IMG/VR virus record: IMGVR_UViG_3300024518_000036
Length of the DNA stretch: 64,000 nucleotides
From: an uncultured virus (IMG/VR IMGVR_UViG_3300024518_000036)
Lineage: Duplodnaviria; Heunggongvirae; Uroviricota; Caudoviricetes
Strand: one strand, 5' to 3'
Position 1 is the first letter of the stretch. Each line of letters opens with the position of its first letter. Below are positions 47,567-56,016 of this stretch, in pieces. Both the position numbers and the translations under genes were made by a program. Below the pieces are notes generated by a model. That model was given only the letters and a program-made list of their open reading frames with translations. It was not told the DNA's origin and did no database searches.

Positions 47567-48081
47567 TGAACAACTCCAAGAACAACCCAGACAACAACCT
47601 GATGATTGGGCTCGGGATTCTTGCCCTCGGTGCTGGGGCTTGGACTTACAGCCGGACTGCTCAGCGCAAGAAGCTCCGGAAGATGTTGGAAGACAGCCCG
47701 TCTGTGCAGCTTGCTCTGGGGGCAGGTGTCCTCGACTGGAGCCCGAAGGAGAAGGCCGTTGAGCGCATCACCTTGACTGGTTCCAAAGGAGCTGACAAGG
47801 CGTTCGCCGAGATTCTGGCGGAGCTGCCTCCTCTTCCTGGTGAAGAAGGACAGGAAGGTCTGATGGCTGAGGCAGCACGTCTGGGAACGGAGGCCAAGGA
47901 GATCTTTGAGCACCAGACGGGTTTAGACGTCGATCCCTACTTCGAGGAAGGCACGGTTGGCGGCAGGGTGTTGGACACGACGCGTTCGGGCTGGTCTTAC
48001 GTCGCCTCCTTCTGGGGCAGTGACGCGAAAGAGAACCCCGCTCTGTCGTGGGAGCAGTTCCTGGCGACCGTGGGGGAGTAA
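47566..48081 (+). CDS. N-terminally membrane-anchored protein
   Basis: KNNPDNNLMIGLGILALGAGAW; KENP near the C-terminus. Confidence 0.65.
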   Translation: MNNSKNNPDNNLMIGLGILALGAGAWTYSRTAQRKKLRKMLEDSPSVQLALGAGVLDWSPKEKAVERITLTGSKGADKAFAEILAELPPLPGEEGQEGLMAEAARLGTEAKEIFEHQTGLDVDPYFEEGTVGGRVLDTTRSGWSYVASFWGSDAKENPALSWEQFLATVGE

Positions 48082-49791
48082 GTGGCCCGTTCTCGCCAGA
48101 ACAACGTCAAGGCAAAGATCGCCAAGAAGGCTGTGGCAAAGACCGGAGCGAAAGCCGTGGCCAAGGGTGGTGCACGCTTCATCCCTGGTGTTGGTCAAGT
48201 TGTTATGGTCGTTGAAGGAGCGCCGGTCGCCTGGGAAGGAGGCAAGAGAACTGGAAAGGCCTACACGGACACGTGGAAAGGGAGCTACCAGGCGGCAAGA
48301 GACGTTGCCCAGGCGACGAAGGAAGGCCGCTATTCCGAGGCTGCCGAGCGGGCTGGTCGTGGGGCCAAGGAGGGCGCTGTCGGCTCAGCCAAGGCCCAGT
48401 GGGAGTTCACGAAAGGCGCTGGCCGGACGGCTCTGGCCGCTCTGATTGCGAAAGAAGCTGCCGACGCGACCTACTACGAAGACAAACAGAAGAAGAAGAA
48501 GAAGAAGAAGAAGAAGAAGCGCATGGCCCGGAAGAACAAGAAAATGTCTCTCCAAGACGCGCAGATGCTGGTCGCTGCCGCACCGCACGCTGCCGCCGGG
48601 TTCAGTGAGCAGTTTCGGATTAGTGCGGCAACAGGCCGAGAGACCTTTGCTCATCTCCGCAAGAAAGAGTTGAAGAAGGCAGCGAAGCGGGGAGCCAAAG
48701 GAGCGAAGGACAGCTTCACCAGTCAGATCAAGCACGCCGGGCGTGCAGCAGCTGTCGTGGGTGGAGGCGAGCAGTTCGAGAAGGCTCTGGCACAGGAGAC
48801 GGAGAAGTTCATGACCAAGCCCAGGATGAACCCGGACTTCACTCTCATCAAGCACCCTCCGGGTGGTGCTCGCAGCAGACCGCCGGCCAAGGCGCCGATG
48901 AGCTTCAACGAGTACGCAGTGTGGCGGGAGAGCCCGTCAGTGTCCATCATTGGAATGATGAGCGAGATTCCCCAGATGAAGCGGACCCCCTTGAACCGGC
49001 TGGCGGGTTCCGATCATCCGATGGCATGGATGGCGAACTACGAGTTGACGTATCGAAAGGAGTTGCATCAGCTTCGGCACGGACCTCGGGCCATCGCGAA
49101 TCCGAAGAACCCCCGACTCGATCCAGAAGAAGATGCTCTGATCTCTCGCGTCTACTACCACCTCCTACGGCACCGCCCTGAGTATCGCTCCGCGCCTGAG
49201 AGGGAGACAAAGAAGTGGATCAGGTCGAGCGTGGGGCGCTTTTCGCGAAAGGAAAAGCCTGTGGGTCAGGATGATCACTACGTTTTTGCTGTTCTGGGGC
49301 AGGGAGCGAAGAAGAACCCGGTACGACGAAACTCTCGCCGCAACCCCCGTCAGTCCGATGTGAAGCTCTTCCAGAAAGTCTTGGCTCACCTCCGAGCGTT
49401 GCAGTGGGTCTACACCACCTCTCACTGGACATCGGCTGGCCCGAACAGCTACAGCGACCATCTCTTGCTCGAACGGCTCTACGAAGGACTGGACAAGCCC
49501 ATCGACGCGCTGGGCGAACGCATGGTAGCCTACTTCGGCCCGCAGGCGGTAGACCCCGTGGCGATCAACGGCATCGCCCAGAAAGTGTTGGCAGGAGTGG
49601 GGCCAGCCCGACTTCGTCTCTCTGTCTTGCTGAACTTGGAGCACTCAATCCAGACAGGTATCAAAACGGCGTGGAAAGCCAACCAGGAATCTGGGGACGA
49701 GATGAGCCTCGGCATCGACAACTATTTGGCCGATCTCGCAGATCAAAGAGACGAAGCTATCTATCTCCTTCGTCAGAGGTTGCGGGAATGA
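48082..49791 (+). CDS. Modular basic protein with C-terminal Dps/ferritin-like domain
   Basis: After RRNP: SHWTSAGPNSYSDHLLLERLYE...IDALGERM...IDNYLADLADQRDEAIYLL, the Dps-type HW..H..E..D..ER pattern. Poly-Lys (AAG)n run near 48490-48519. Confidence 0.75.
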   Translation: MARSRQNNVKAKIAKKAVAKTGAKAVAKGGARFIPGVGQVVMVVEGAPVAWEGGKRTGKAYTDTWKGSYQAARDVAQATKEGRYSEAAERAGRGAKEGAVGSAKAQWEFTKGAGRTALAALIAKEAADATYYEDKQKKKKKKKKKKRMARKNKKMSLQDAQMLVAAAPHAAAGFSEQFRISAATGRETFAHLRKKELKKAAKRGAKGAKDSFTSQIKHAGRAAAVVGGGEQFEKALAQETEKFMTKPRMNPDFTLIKHPPGGARSRPPAKAPMSFNEYAVWRESPSVSIIGMMSEIPQMKRTPLNRLAGSDHPMAWMANYELTYRKELHQLRHGPRAIANPKNPRLDPEEDALISRVYYHLLRHRPEYRSAPERETKKWIRSSVGRFSRKEKPVGQDDHYVFAVLGQGAKKNPVRRNSRRNPRQSDVKLFQKVLAHLRALQWVYTTSHWTSAGPNSYSDHLLLERLYEGLDKPIDALGERMVAYFGPQAVDPVAINGIAQKVLAGVGPARLRLSVLLNLEHSIQTGIKTAWKANQESGDEMSLGIDNYLADLADQRDEAIYLLRQRLRE

Positions 49792-49861
49792 GCGTGTCCT
49801 TCTTGCCCTTGCTTCTTCCGGTACAGGCACATTCCATGCTTCCTCCTACGAGCGGTATAAC

Positions 49862-49933
49862 ATGTTTCTCATGAGCCTGGCCAACGAGCGCGACACCGCG
49901 ATCTACCTGCTCAAGCAACGCCTCGGGGTGTAG
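49862..49933 (+). pseudogene. Orphan duplicate of the Dps-like C-terminal helix (MFLMSLANERDTAIYLLKQRLGV)
   Basis: Translated by hand; aligns with YLADLADQRDEAIYLLRQRLRE at the end of the preceding gene. Confidence 0.75.
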
Positions 49934-49935
49934 CC

Positions 49936-52614
49936 ATGGCCGTGGCGAATCCCGGTCAGTTCTTCACGGACTGGCACCAGGAAAGGAGCAGCGGCGGTCC
50001 CGGTGGAAGCTCCCTGCTCTACTCGGCACACCGTCGTGGTGACGACTGGCGGCATCGCCAGTACGTGTATCTGGAGATCGTCTGGCAGAGGAAGGGCTGG
50101 CCACAGCGTCTCGATGAGGGGGAGAAGACCTACATCCAGACGGTGCTTCTGCACCAGGGTCCGTCGTCTCAACGGATGAAGGCGATCCCGGGCGCGAGCT
50201 ATCAGCGCGAGATGACCGATGAGGACACTCGGCGGTCGTCACAGCATGAAGCCACCAAGTGGGCGAACCGATGGCTCGATGATCATCTCGTGCCCGATCT
50301 GGAGAAGCTCGGAGCAGTGGCCAAAGAGAACCCCTTGTGGGAAGTCCCGTCAGATCCTGACGCTCGCGAGATGATTCTGGGGTCGCTCTCGGGACATCCT
50401 GGGCGCAAGAACCCTGAGACTGAGGGCTACCCCGACGACGCTGTGCTGCCTGGCCCTCACGGCGACTGGGAAAGCAACCTGTCCTGCCTCGATGCGAAAG
50501 GGGCTGTGCTGGCGGCAATGCGGAACATCCCGAACGGGGTGGGCACCGACGGTCTTCACTGCACCGGGGTTTACGTCAATGAAGGCGGAGGGCTGTTCTG
50601 GTTGGTCCGAGGCCGCGGGTTCGGCAAGCACCTTGCCTGGAAAGAAGGAGGCAAAGTCCGCACGATCCCGGTGACCTGCACGAATTTTCCGAGGTATCGG
50701 CGCTTCCGGATCAGCGAGGTTCCTGCGATCAAGGTGTTGGCCATGCTCGGCAAGCCGAATCCCAGAACGGCTCTGCGGTGGACCTACGACCCGAGCAAGA
50801 TGCAGTGGGTGGCCGAACACGCCGGGCGCCGCTGGTTTTTGGAGCGGCGAGATGGTGGCGACCCTCGATACCCCCGCGAATACCTGTACCAGACGACGCT
50901 CGGCGGGCGCTACATGGACAGGGTCGCAAAACGTGACGCGAAACCGGTCCTGACAGCCAGCGCCCGGAAGCGACGGAACATCAGGGCGAAGGAGTGGGCC
51001 GAGGGGTTCATCTTGTCGGATCTGGAGAAGCTGGCGCGTTCGATGAAGAAGAATCCCAAGAAGAAGGGCAAGCGGAAACGCAGAGAAAGGGGTATCCGGC
51101 GTGGTGCAGGAACGGTCCCCGCTCCCATGATGCGGATCAGCTCAGCTGGGTTCCCTTCGACGCGAGCCGATCCTGACTACTACCCTCCCAAGCCCTGGGG
51201 TCGACGGGAAGACGCGTGGCAAAAGCAGATCAGCATCGGCGACCGGGTGCTGGTGATGCTGGGCTCTCACCTGCACCATGTTGGCTACGCCGTGGGAACC
51301 GTCCTGGCTGTAGACGAGCGCCGAGAGTGGGAGAAGAAGGCGCAGGTTCGGCTCGACCCGACCGGTGGACAGCACCCGTGGGAAGGGGTCTTCTACTACG
51401 ATGAGATCGTTGAGGTCATCAAGCCGGGGCACCCCCTTCTTCAGCTTGCTGAGCTGGGGAGCGTCGAGAACCCCAGTAGAAATAACCCCCCAAAGCAATT
51501 GCCCCGAACTTTGGTGTTGAGGTGGTACAAGGGCTTCGCGACCTTCTTCAAGCCGGAAGACGAAGATCCGCGCTGGAGGAGGTTCGGCAAACACTGGGGT
51601 GTGTACGAGGGGGATCGTCTTTTTCCGTCTACACAGGATGCTGTCTACAGCCATCCCCTCGAAGGGTTACTCGTCACGGTCGCGCCGCTCCTGTACCCGT
51701 CGCAGCTTCCCCCATTTAACTCTGTGACTTGGGGCGCCAAGACGCGCCGCAAGTCGCTTTGGCAGAAACCGGGAGGGCGCCAGGCTTTGTGGCTGATCGA
51801 CATCCGAGAGCCAGGGAAGAGGTCAACTATAATAGGGGACAAAGGGGAGCTATTTCACACGAGGGAAGCGGCCATGCGGTACGCGGACAAGCTCTTTCAA
51901 GAGCGATACCCGCTCCAGTCGATCGGGAGCGTCGAGGCTGCGCTTGAGAACCCGCTCTACTCTGGCAAGACCCCGGCCAAGGAGCAGGCGCATCAGTACG
52001 CGGCCGAGTGGGCAGAGGACAAGGGCGTCAGGATCCAGGCTTACCTGGGGCTCTTCATCGACCGTGACGTGCACTACAGGGCTTGGGGGAACCGAGGAAA
52101 GGAGGCGCACGTCTACACCTTCGACCAGCACGGTCAGCCCCGTGCTCTCCTCGTTCGCGGTCTGTTGGTTGAGCGGACGTCCGGTGTTCTTCCAACACCG
52201 ATTCCGGGCCCCACTCGCTGGGTCCTCACTGGAGAGTCCTGGCCTCGAAGAGATCTACCGGCGCTTATTCCGGTGGCATTGAGCGACCTGGAACAGCTTG
52301 CCGAGGTGAAAAAGGAGTACGGCCGCAAGACGCGCAAGCGGCGGAAGAAGAAGGAGCCTTGGAGGAAGAATCCACAAGCTCCGTGGAAGCGCATCCACGA
52401 GAACCGCTGTCACCTGATGAAGGACGGCGTCTCCTACCATGTTCACCGAGTCGGTCGGGAGGGGAGGGACATGAACTGGGCCGTCTCGATGTACGGGCCT
52501 GCTCAAGCAAGGAGAGTGCTGGGTCCCTTCCGCACGAAGAAGGAGGCCATGAACGAAGCCGAAGCTCATGCCTACGGTGATCTATGGGTTCTCTCCAAAG
52601 AGGGGAACTCCTGA
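49936..52614 (+). CDS. 892-aa polyprotein-like protein built of small modules ending in tag plus NP
   Basis: PDLEKLGAVAKENP, PAIKVLAMLGKPNP, SDLEKLARSMKKNP, HPLLQLAELGSVENP, YPLQSIGSVEAALENP and SDLEQLA...RKNP. Confidence 0.75.
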   Translation: MAVANPGQFFTDWHQERSSGGPGGSSLLYSAHRRGDDWRHRQYVYLEIVWQRKGWPQRLDEGEKTYIQTVLLHQGPSSQRMKAIPGASYQREMTDEDTRRSSQHEATKWANRWLDDHLVPDLEKLGAVAKENPLWEVPSDPDAREMILGSLSGHPGRKNPETEGYPDDAVLPGPHGDWESNLSCLDAKGAVLAAMRNIPNGVGTDGLHCTGVYVNEGGGLFWLVRGRGFGKHLAWKEGGKVRTIPVTCTNFPRYRRFRISEVPAIKVLAMLGKPNPRTALRWTYDPSKMQWVAEHAGRRWFLERRDGGDPRYPREYLYQTTLGGRYMDRVAKRDAKPVLTASARKRRNIRAKEWAEGFILSDLEKLARSMKKNPKKKGKRKRRERGIRRGAGTVPAPMMRISSAGFPSTRADPDYYPPKPWGRREDAWQKQISIGDRVLVMLGSHLHHVGYAVGTVLAVDERREWEKKAQVRLDPTGGQHPWEGVFYYDEIVEVIKPGHPLLQLAELGSVENPSRNNPPKQLPRTLVLRWYKGFATFFKPEDEDPRWRRFGKHWGVYEGDRLFPSTQDAVYSHPLEGLLVTVAPLLYPSQLPPFNSVTWGAKTRRKSLWQKPGGRQALWLIDIREPGKRSTIIGDKGELFHTREAAMRYADKLFQERYPLQSIGSVEAALENPLYSGKTPAKEQAHQYAAEWAEDKGVRIQAYLGLFIDRDVHYRAWGNRGKEAHVYTFDQHGQPRALLVRGLLVERTSGVLPTPIPGPTRWVLTGESWPRRDLPALIPVALSDLEQLAEVKKEYGRKTRKRRKKKEPWRKNPQAPWKRIHENRCHLMKDGVSYHVHRVGREGRDMNWAVSMYGPAQARRVLGPFRTKKEAMNEAEAHAYGDLWVLSKEGNS

Positions 52615-52711
52615 CGTAGGGGCGTAGCACTGCGTCTCGCAGAAGAGCAAGACCCAGAAACCCTGACGAAGTAATCTCTCGTTGTGTCCCCAAGACAGAA
52701 AGGAACTTTAC

Positions 52712-53482
52712 ATGGCTAGATCACGACGAAACACGGGTGGTCGTCCCAAGAGCTACCGCTCGACCGGGTGGCAGAAGACCGCCATTCCCGGCATAGGCAC
52801 GTTCTGGGAGAAGGGTGCCTTCTCTATCGAGCACCAGGTCATGGGCGGCATGAGCTACGGTCTGGGCAACTACGCCCTCTACTGCAACCGACAGACGGAC
52901 CTGTCCGGTGAAACCGTTGGTCGTCCTCTAGGACGCTTCACTTCGGCCGCTGACGCCAAGTGGGCAGGGGACCAGGCGATGGGCAACCTCGGACAACTTG
53001 CTGCCGTCGCTAGGAACAACATGGCCGGTCGTCCCGGCAAGCACGGACTTCCCCGCTACGAAGGACCTCGCCCTGCTGGACTGGCGAAGCTGGGCAAGCG
53101 AGAGCTGAAGGCATGGGGCAGCATCGAAGCGATGGCCGAGCTGGAGTGGCGTCGTTTGGACAAGGCAATGCGCAGCGGTATGGCAGCTCCCTCTGGTCGT
53201 GTAGCGAAGCGCCTGGCTCACCCTTCCCAGACTACCGCCTTCGCTCCAGGCTTCAGTGCCGTACCGGATAACGAAAAGGGCCAGCAGGTCTTTCGCATTC
53301 TGCTTCACGGACAGCCGATTCCATCAGAGAAGATGCCTGCCGGTCGATACGCGCTGAACATGGAGCGAGCTGCTCAGCTCTCTCACAAGCTCGATCCTCA
53401 GACGGGAGAACGGCTCCGCTTCGGAAAGACGAAGTCACAGCGTCTGGGCATGAAAGCAGCAGCAAACCCTTGGAGGTGGTGA
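52712..53482 (+). CDS. Basic modular protein
   Basis: The ATG at 52712 follows AAGGA. Contains GNLGQLAAVARNN and ends in AANPWRW. Confidence 0.7.
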   Translation: MARSRRNTGGRPKSYRSTGWQKTAIPGIGTFWEKGAFSIEHQVMGGMSYGLGNYALYCNRQTDLSGETVGRPLGRFTSAADAKWAGDQAMGNLGQLAAVARNNMAGRPGKHGLPRYEGPRPAGLAKLGKRELKAWGSIEAMAELEWRRLDKAMRSGMAAPSGRVAKRLAHPSQTTAFAPGFSAVPDNEKGQQVFRILLHGQPIPSEKMPAGRYALNMERAAQLSHKLDPQTGERLRFGKTKSQRLGMKAAANPWRW

Positions 53483-53772
53483 TGCCTTACTACAACAAAC
53501 GCTATGACAACCCCGTGATGACAGCTCTTGTCGAAGCGCCCTATGACTGGCTCGATCCCACAATGATTCAGTCTTCCCTCGTAGTACGGGGAAACCAGGG
53601 GTACGAGCTGACCGCTAAGGAAGTCGCCGTCGCTACAGGTGTCGGCGTCGTCATGTCCTTGATCGGTGAGCGCCTCACCTCTCCGTTGATCCTCGGGACC
53701 AGCATGTACGTCGTCGGCTACGTCGCGCACGAGCGTGGCTGGCTCAAGCCGCTCTACCAAGCGTTCAAGTAG
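53482..53772 (+). CDS. Small membrane protein
   Basis: TGATG coupling; hydrophobic C-terminal half; YDNP. Confidence 0.65.
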   Translation: MPYYNKRYDNPVMTALVEAPYDWLDPTMIQSSLVVRGNQGYELTAKEVAVATGVGVVMSLIGERLTSPLILGTSMYVVGYVAHERGWLKPLYQAFK

Positions 53773-53778
53773 GAAGTG

Positions 53779-54132
53779 ATGGGGCGTAACTTCGACTATC
53801 CACAGCCGCTCGAAGGCCGTCTGGCCAAGAGCTACCTGTGGGCCATAGAGAAGGACGCCCGAGAGCTTCGGTTGGCTCTGCGCGATGATGACCAGCTACC
53901 CGGCTGGGTCACAGCGAAGATCGTGACAGCTCAGGACCGCATCTCCGGTGTGAGCCGGTATATGGACCACAAGATCCATCGGCGTACGGTGAAGAACTTG
54001 CGAAAGAACCCGGGTGTGGAAGAAACAGCCCGCCTCGTAACTCCGTTCCTCGTGGTCGGTGGGTTCCTGCTGGTTACCGGTCTCTTTGCCGAAAGGCTGA
54101 AAGAAAGGAAGCGCCGGGTGGCTCTTGCATGA
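53779..54132 (+). CDS. Helical LPxWV domain, RKNP, then a C-terminal TM helix
   Basis: EGRLAKSYL...QLPGWVTAKI...RYM; LRKNPGV; LVTPFLVVGGFLLVTGLF. Confidence 0.7.
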   Translation: MGRNFDYPQPLEGRLAKSYLWAIEKDARELRLALRDDDQLPGWVTAKIVTAQDRISGVSRYMDHKIHRRTVKNLRKNPGVEETARLVTPFLVVGGFLLVTGLFAERLKERKRRVALA

Positions 54133-54187
54133 AACTTTTCAATTCCCAATTCTTAGTTGACGCCGCTGGCGCAAGGATGTTCTCAAG

Positions 54188-54589
54188 ATGACTTTTCAAC
54201 CCAGCTCCCTCTCCGATGTCAGCGCGCTCGGCGACTACGCAATGCTCTACAACCCCATGAGCCCGGAAAAGAAGGCGGCCAGAAAGGCCAGGCGAATGGC
54301 CAAGGCGCAGGAAAAAGCCGACAGAGACGGCATTTCCTTGGATGAAGCCATTCAAGAGATGAAGGACAAGAAGGCCAAGAAGAGGAAGGGCAAGAAGGGC
54401 AAGAAGAAGGGCGGGCGCAGGGAAAAGGAAGCGGTCCGGGAAGCTGAAGAGCTGGAGTCCGAAGAGGACTTCGATGAAGACTACGATGAAGATTTTGACG
54501 AAGACGAAGAGGAAGGTATGAACCCCATGATCATCGCGGCTGGTGTGGCTGCGCTGGCCATCGGGGCTGTGTTCTTCTTGCGGAGATAG
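54188..54589 (+). CDS. Protein with basic and acidic blocks and a C-terminal membrane anchor
   Basis: K-rich tract, D/E tract, then MNPMIIAAGVAALAIGAVFFLRR. Confidence 0.7.
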   Translation: MTFQPSSLSDVSALGDYAMLYNPMSPEKKAARKARRMAKAQEKADRDGISLDEAIQEMKDKKAKKRKGKKGKKKGGRREKEAVREAEELESEEDFDEDYDEDFDEDEEEGMNPMIIAAGVAALAIGAVFFLRR

Positions 54590-54694
54590 AACGCGAGATA
54601 AACAAGGTCCCGTCGCTGAAGCTCTACGCCTTTCAGGGCATCTGAAAGCTCCTCGGGCTATGTGACAGATGACAAGGGACCACGAGGCGTCTGA

Positions 54695-55177
54695 GTGAAC
54701 CAGACCGAGCTGCACATTTACGACTTGGACGGCACGCTCTATCGGAGTCCGAAGCCGCCGAAGCCGGACTCTGCCTGGTGGTTTCATGCTCACAGCTTCG
54801 GGAAGCCGGGTCAGCCTGGGTACGATGGCCGGTGGTTCCTGAGAACGGTGGCTCGGGCTCGGCGCTCCATCCTCGACCCCTGCGTGTTGACTGTGGTACT
54901 GACCGGACGGCCCGACCACCCACCCATGCAGAAGGCTGTTCGTGGTCTACTTCGGCTGAGCGGGTTGCACTTTGATGCCATTCGACTTCAGCCCGTTCTC
55001 TTCCCCGGAACGACTGCTCAGTACAAGGGTCTTGAAGTCTCCTGCTGGCTGAAGGGTCTTCCAAGAGTCCGTCGTGTGGTGCTCTACGATGACGAGATGA
55101 ACAACCACCGGGCCGTGGCTGCTGTAGCGAGAAAGCGCGGGGTTGCCTTCAAAGGCGTCCGGACTCCGGGGATGTAG
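54695..55177 (+). CDS. HAD-superfamily phosphatase (Swiss-Army-Knife RNA-repair type)
   Basis: LHIYDLDGTLYRSP (DxDGT), VVLTGR, K and LYDD motifs. Confidence 0.75.
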   Translation: MNQTELHIYDLDGTLYRSPKPPKPDSAWWFHAHSFGKPGQPGYDGRWFLRTVARARRSILDPCVLTVVLTGRPDHPPMQKAVRGLLRLSGLHFDAIRLQPVLFPGTTAQYKGLEVSCWLKGLPRVRRVVLYDDEMNNHRAVAAVARKRGVAFKGVRTPGM

Positions 55178-55251
55178 CACCGGAGTCTGGTCTCTTGAGC
55201 TGTCCCGAGGGACCAGAGCGGATAGACTCGGACGCGTGAAAGGAGTTTCCT

Positions 55252-56007
55252 GTGTCTTACTTCGGATCCATCGACGAGTTCAGAGCGGCACTCGACAATC
55301 TAGTCAACAACACCGGGCACCAGAACCCTTCCCGAGATCCGGGACACGTGAGGTCCGCCTTGAAGGTTCGGAAGTCTCGAAAGAAGGGCAGGGCACGTAA
55401 GAACATGGCGTTCCCCAAGGTCGTGGACGGCATCCCTTTCGACTCGATGGAAGAGCTGGTCGAGTACAAGAGGATGATGGGCGGCGGCGACCCTCGTGGG
55501 TCGAGCCCTTCGGTTGAGGCCCACCGTGTCGCGGAGCGGGCTGTCCAGCGGGTAGAAAGGGCTGCTCCCAGGCGGCCTGCGGTGGTACATCAGCAGCGCC
55601 CCCAGAGCCGCTCCATTTTGCGTGATGTTCCAGAAGACTGGAAGTTCAAGGCTCCTTACGGGGCGGCGTCCCTGCTTCTTGGCGGTCAGAAGACGTACTG
55701 TCCTGGTCTTCGAGCCCAGGTGAAGCGTGGTCAGACTCTGAGCAACCAGAAGGCGTTGCGTCACATGGGCCTCGAACCCGACCAGCTCTTCGTCTTCCTG
55801 GACGCGGTGAGTACAGCTCATCCCGAGGCCTTCACCACGGCTCACAAGAAGGACGGCACGCCGTACAACAAGGTGGTTCGTGAGAATGTGACTGCGCAAG
55901 TCGTCGCCAGTGCAACGGGGATCTTGAACCAGTTCGGCGTCACCTGCCCGGTGCCCGGACCCGGTGCTGGAGGCTTTGCTTCGCAGAATCCATACGGTCG
56001 CTGGTAG
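55252..56007 (+). CDS. Hypothetical late protein
   Basis: GTG after AAGGAG. Contains HQNP and ends in SQNPYGRW. Confidence 0.7.
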   Translation: MSYFGSIDEFRAALDNLVNNTGHQNPSRDPGHVRSALKVRKSRKKGRARKNMAFPKVVDGIPFDSMEELVEYKRMMGGGDPRGSSPSVEAHRVAERAVQRVERAAPRRPAVVHQQRPQSRSILRDVPEDWKFKAPYGAASLLLGGQKTYCPGLRAQVKRGQTLSNQKALRHMGLEPDQLFVFLDAVSTAHPEAFTTAHKKDGTPYNKVVRENVTAQVVASATGILNQFGVTCPVPGPGAGGFASQNPYGRW

Positions 56008-56016
56008 GAGTTTCTC

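Noticed and set aside
52660..52702. CTGACGA...GAAA as a third hammerhead
   Set aside because: Stems I-III cannot be formed, and the region is better explained as a late promoter and RBS.
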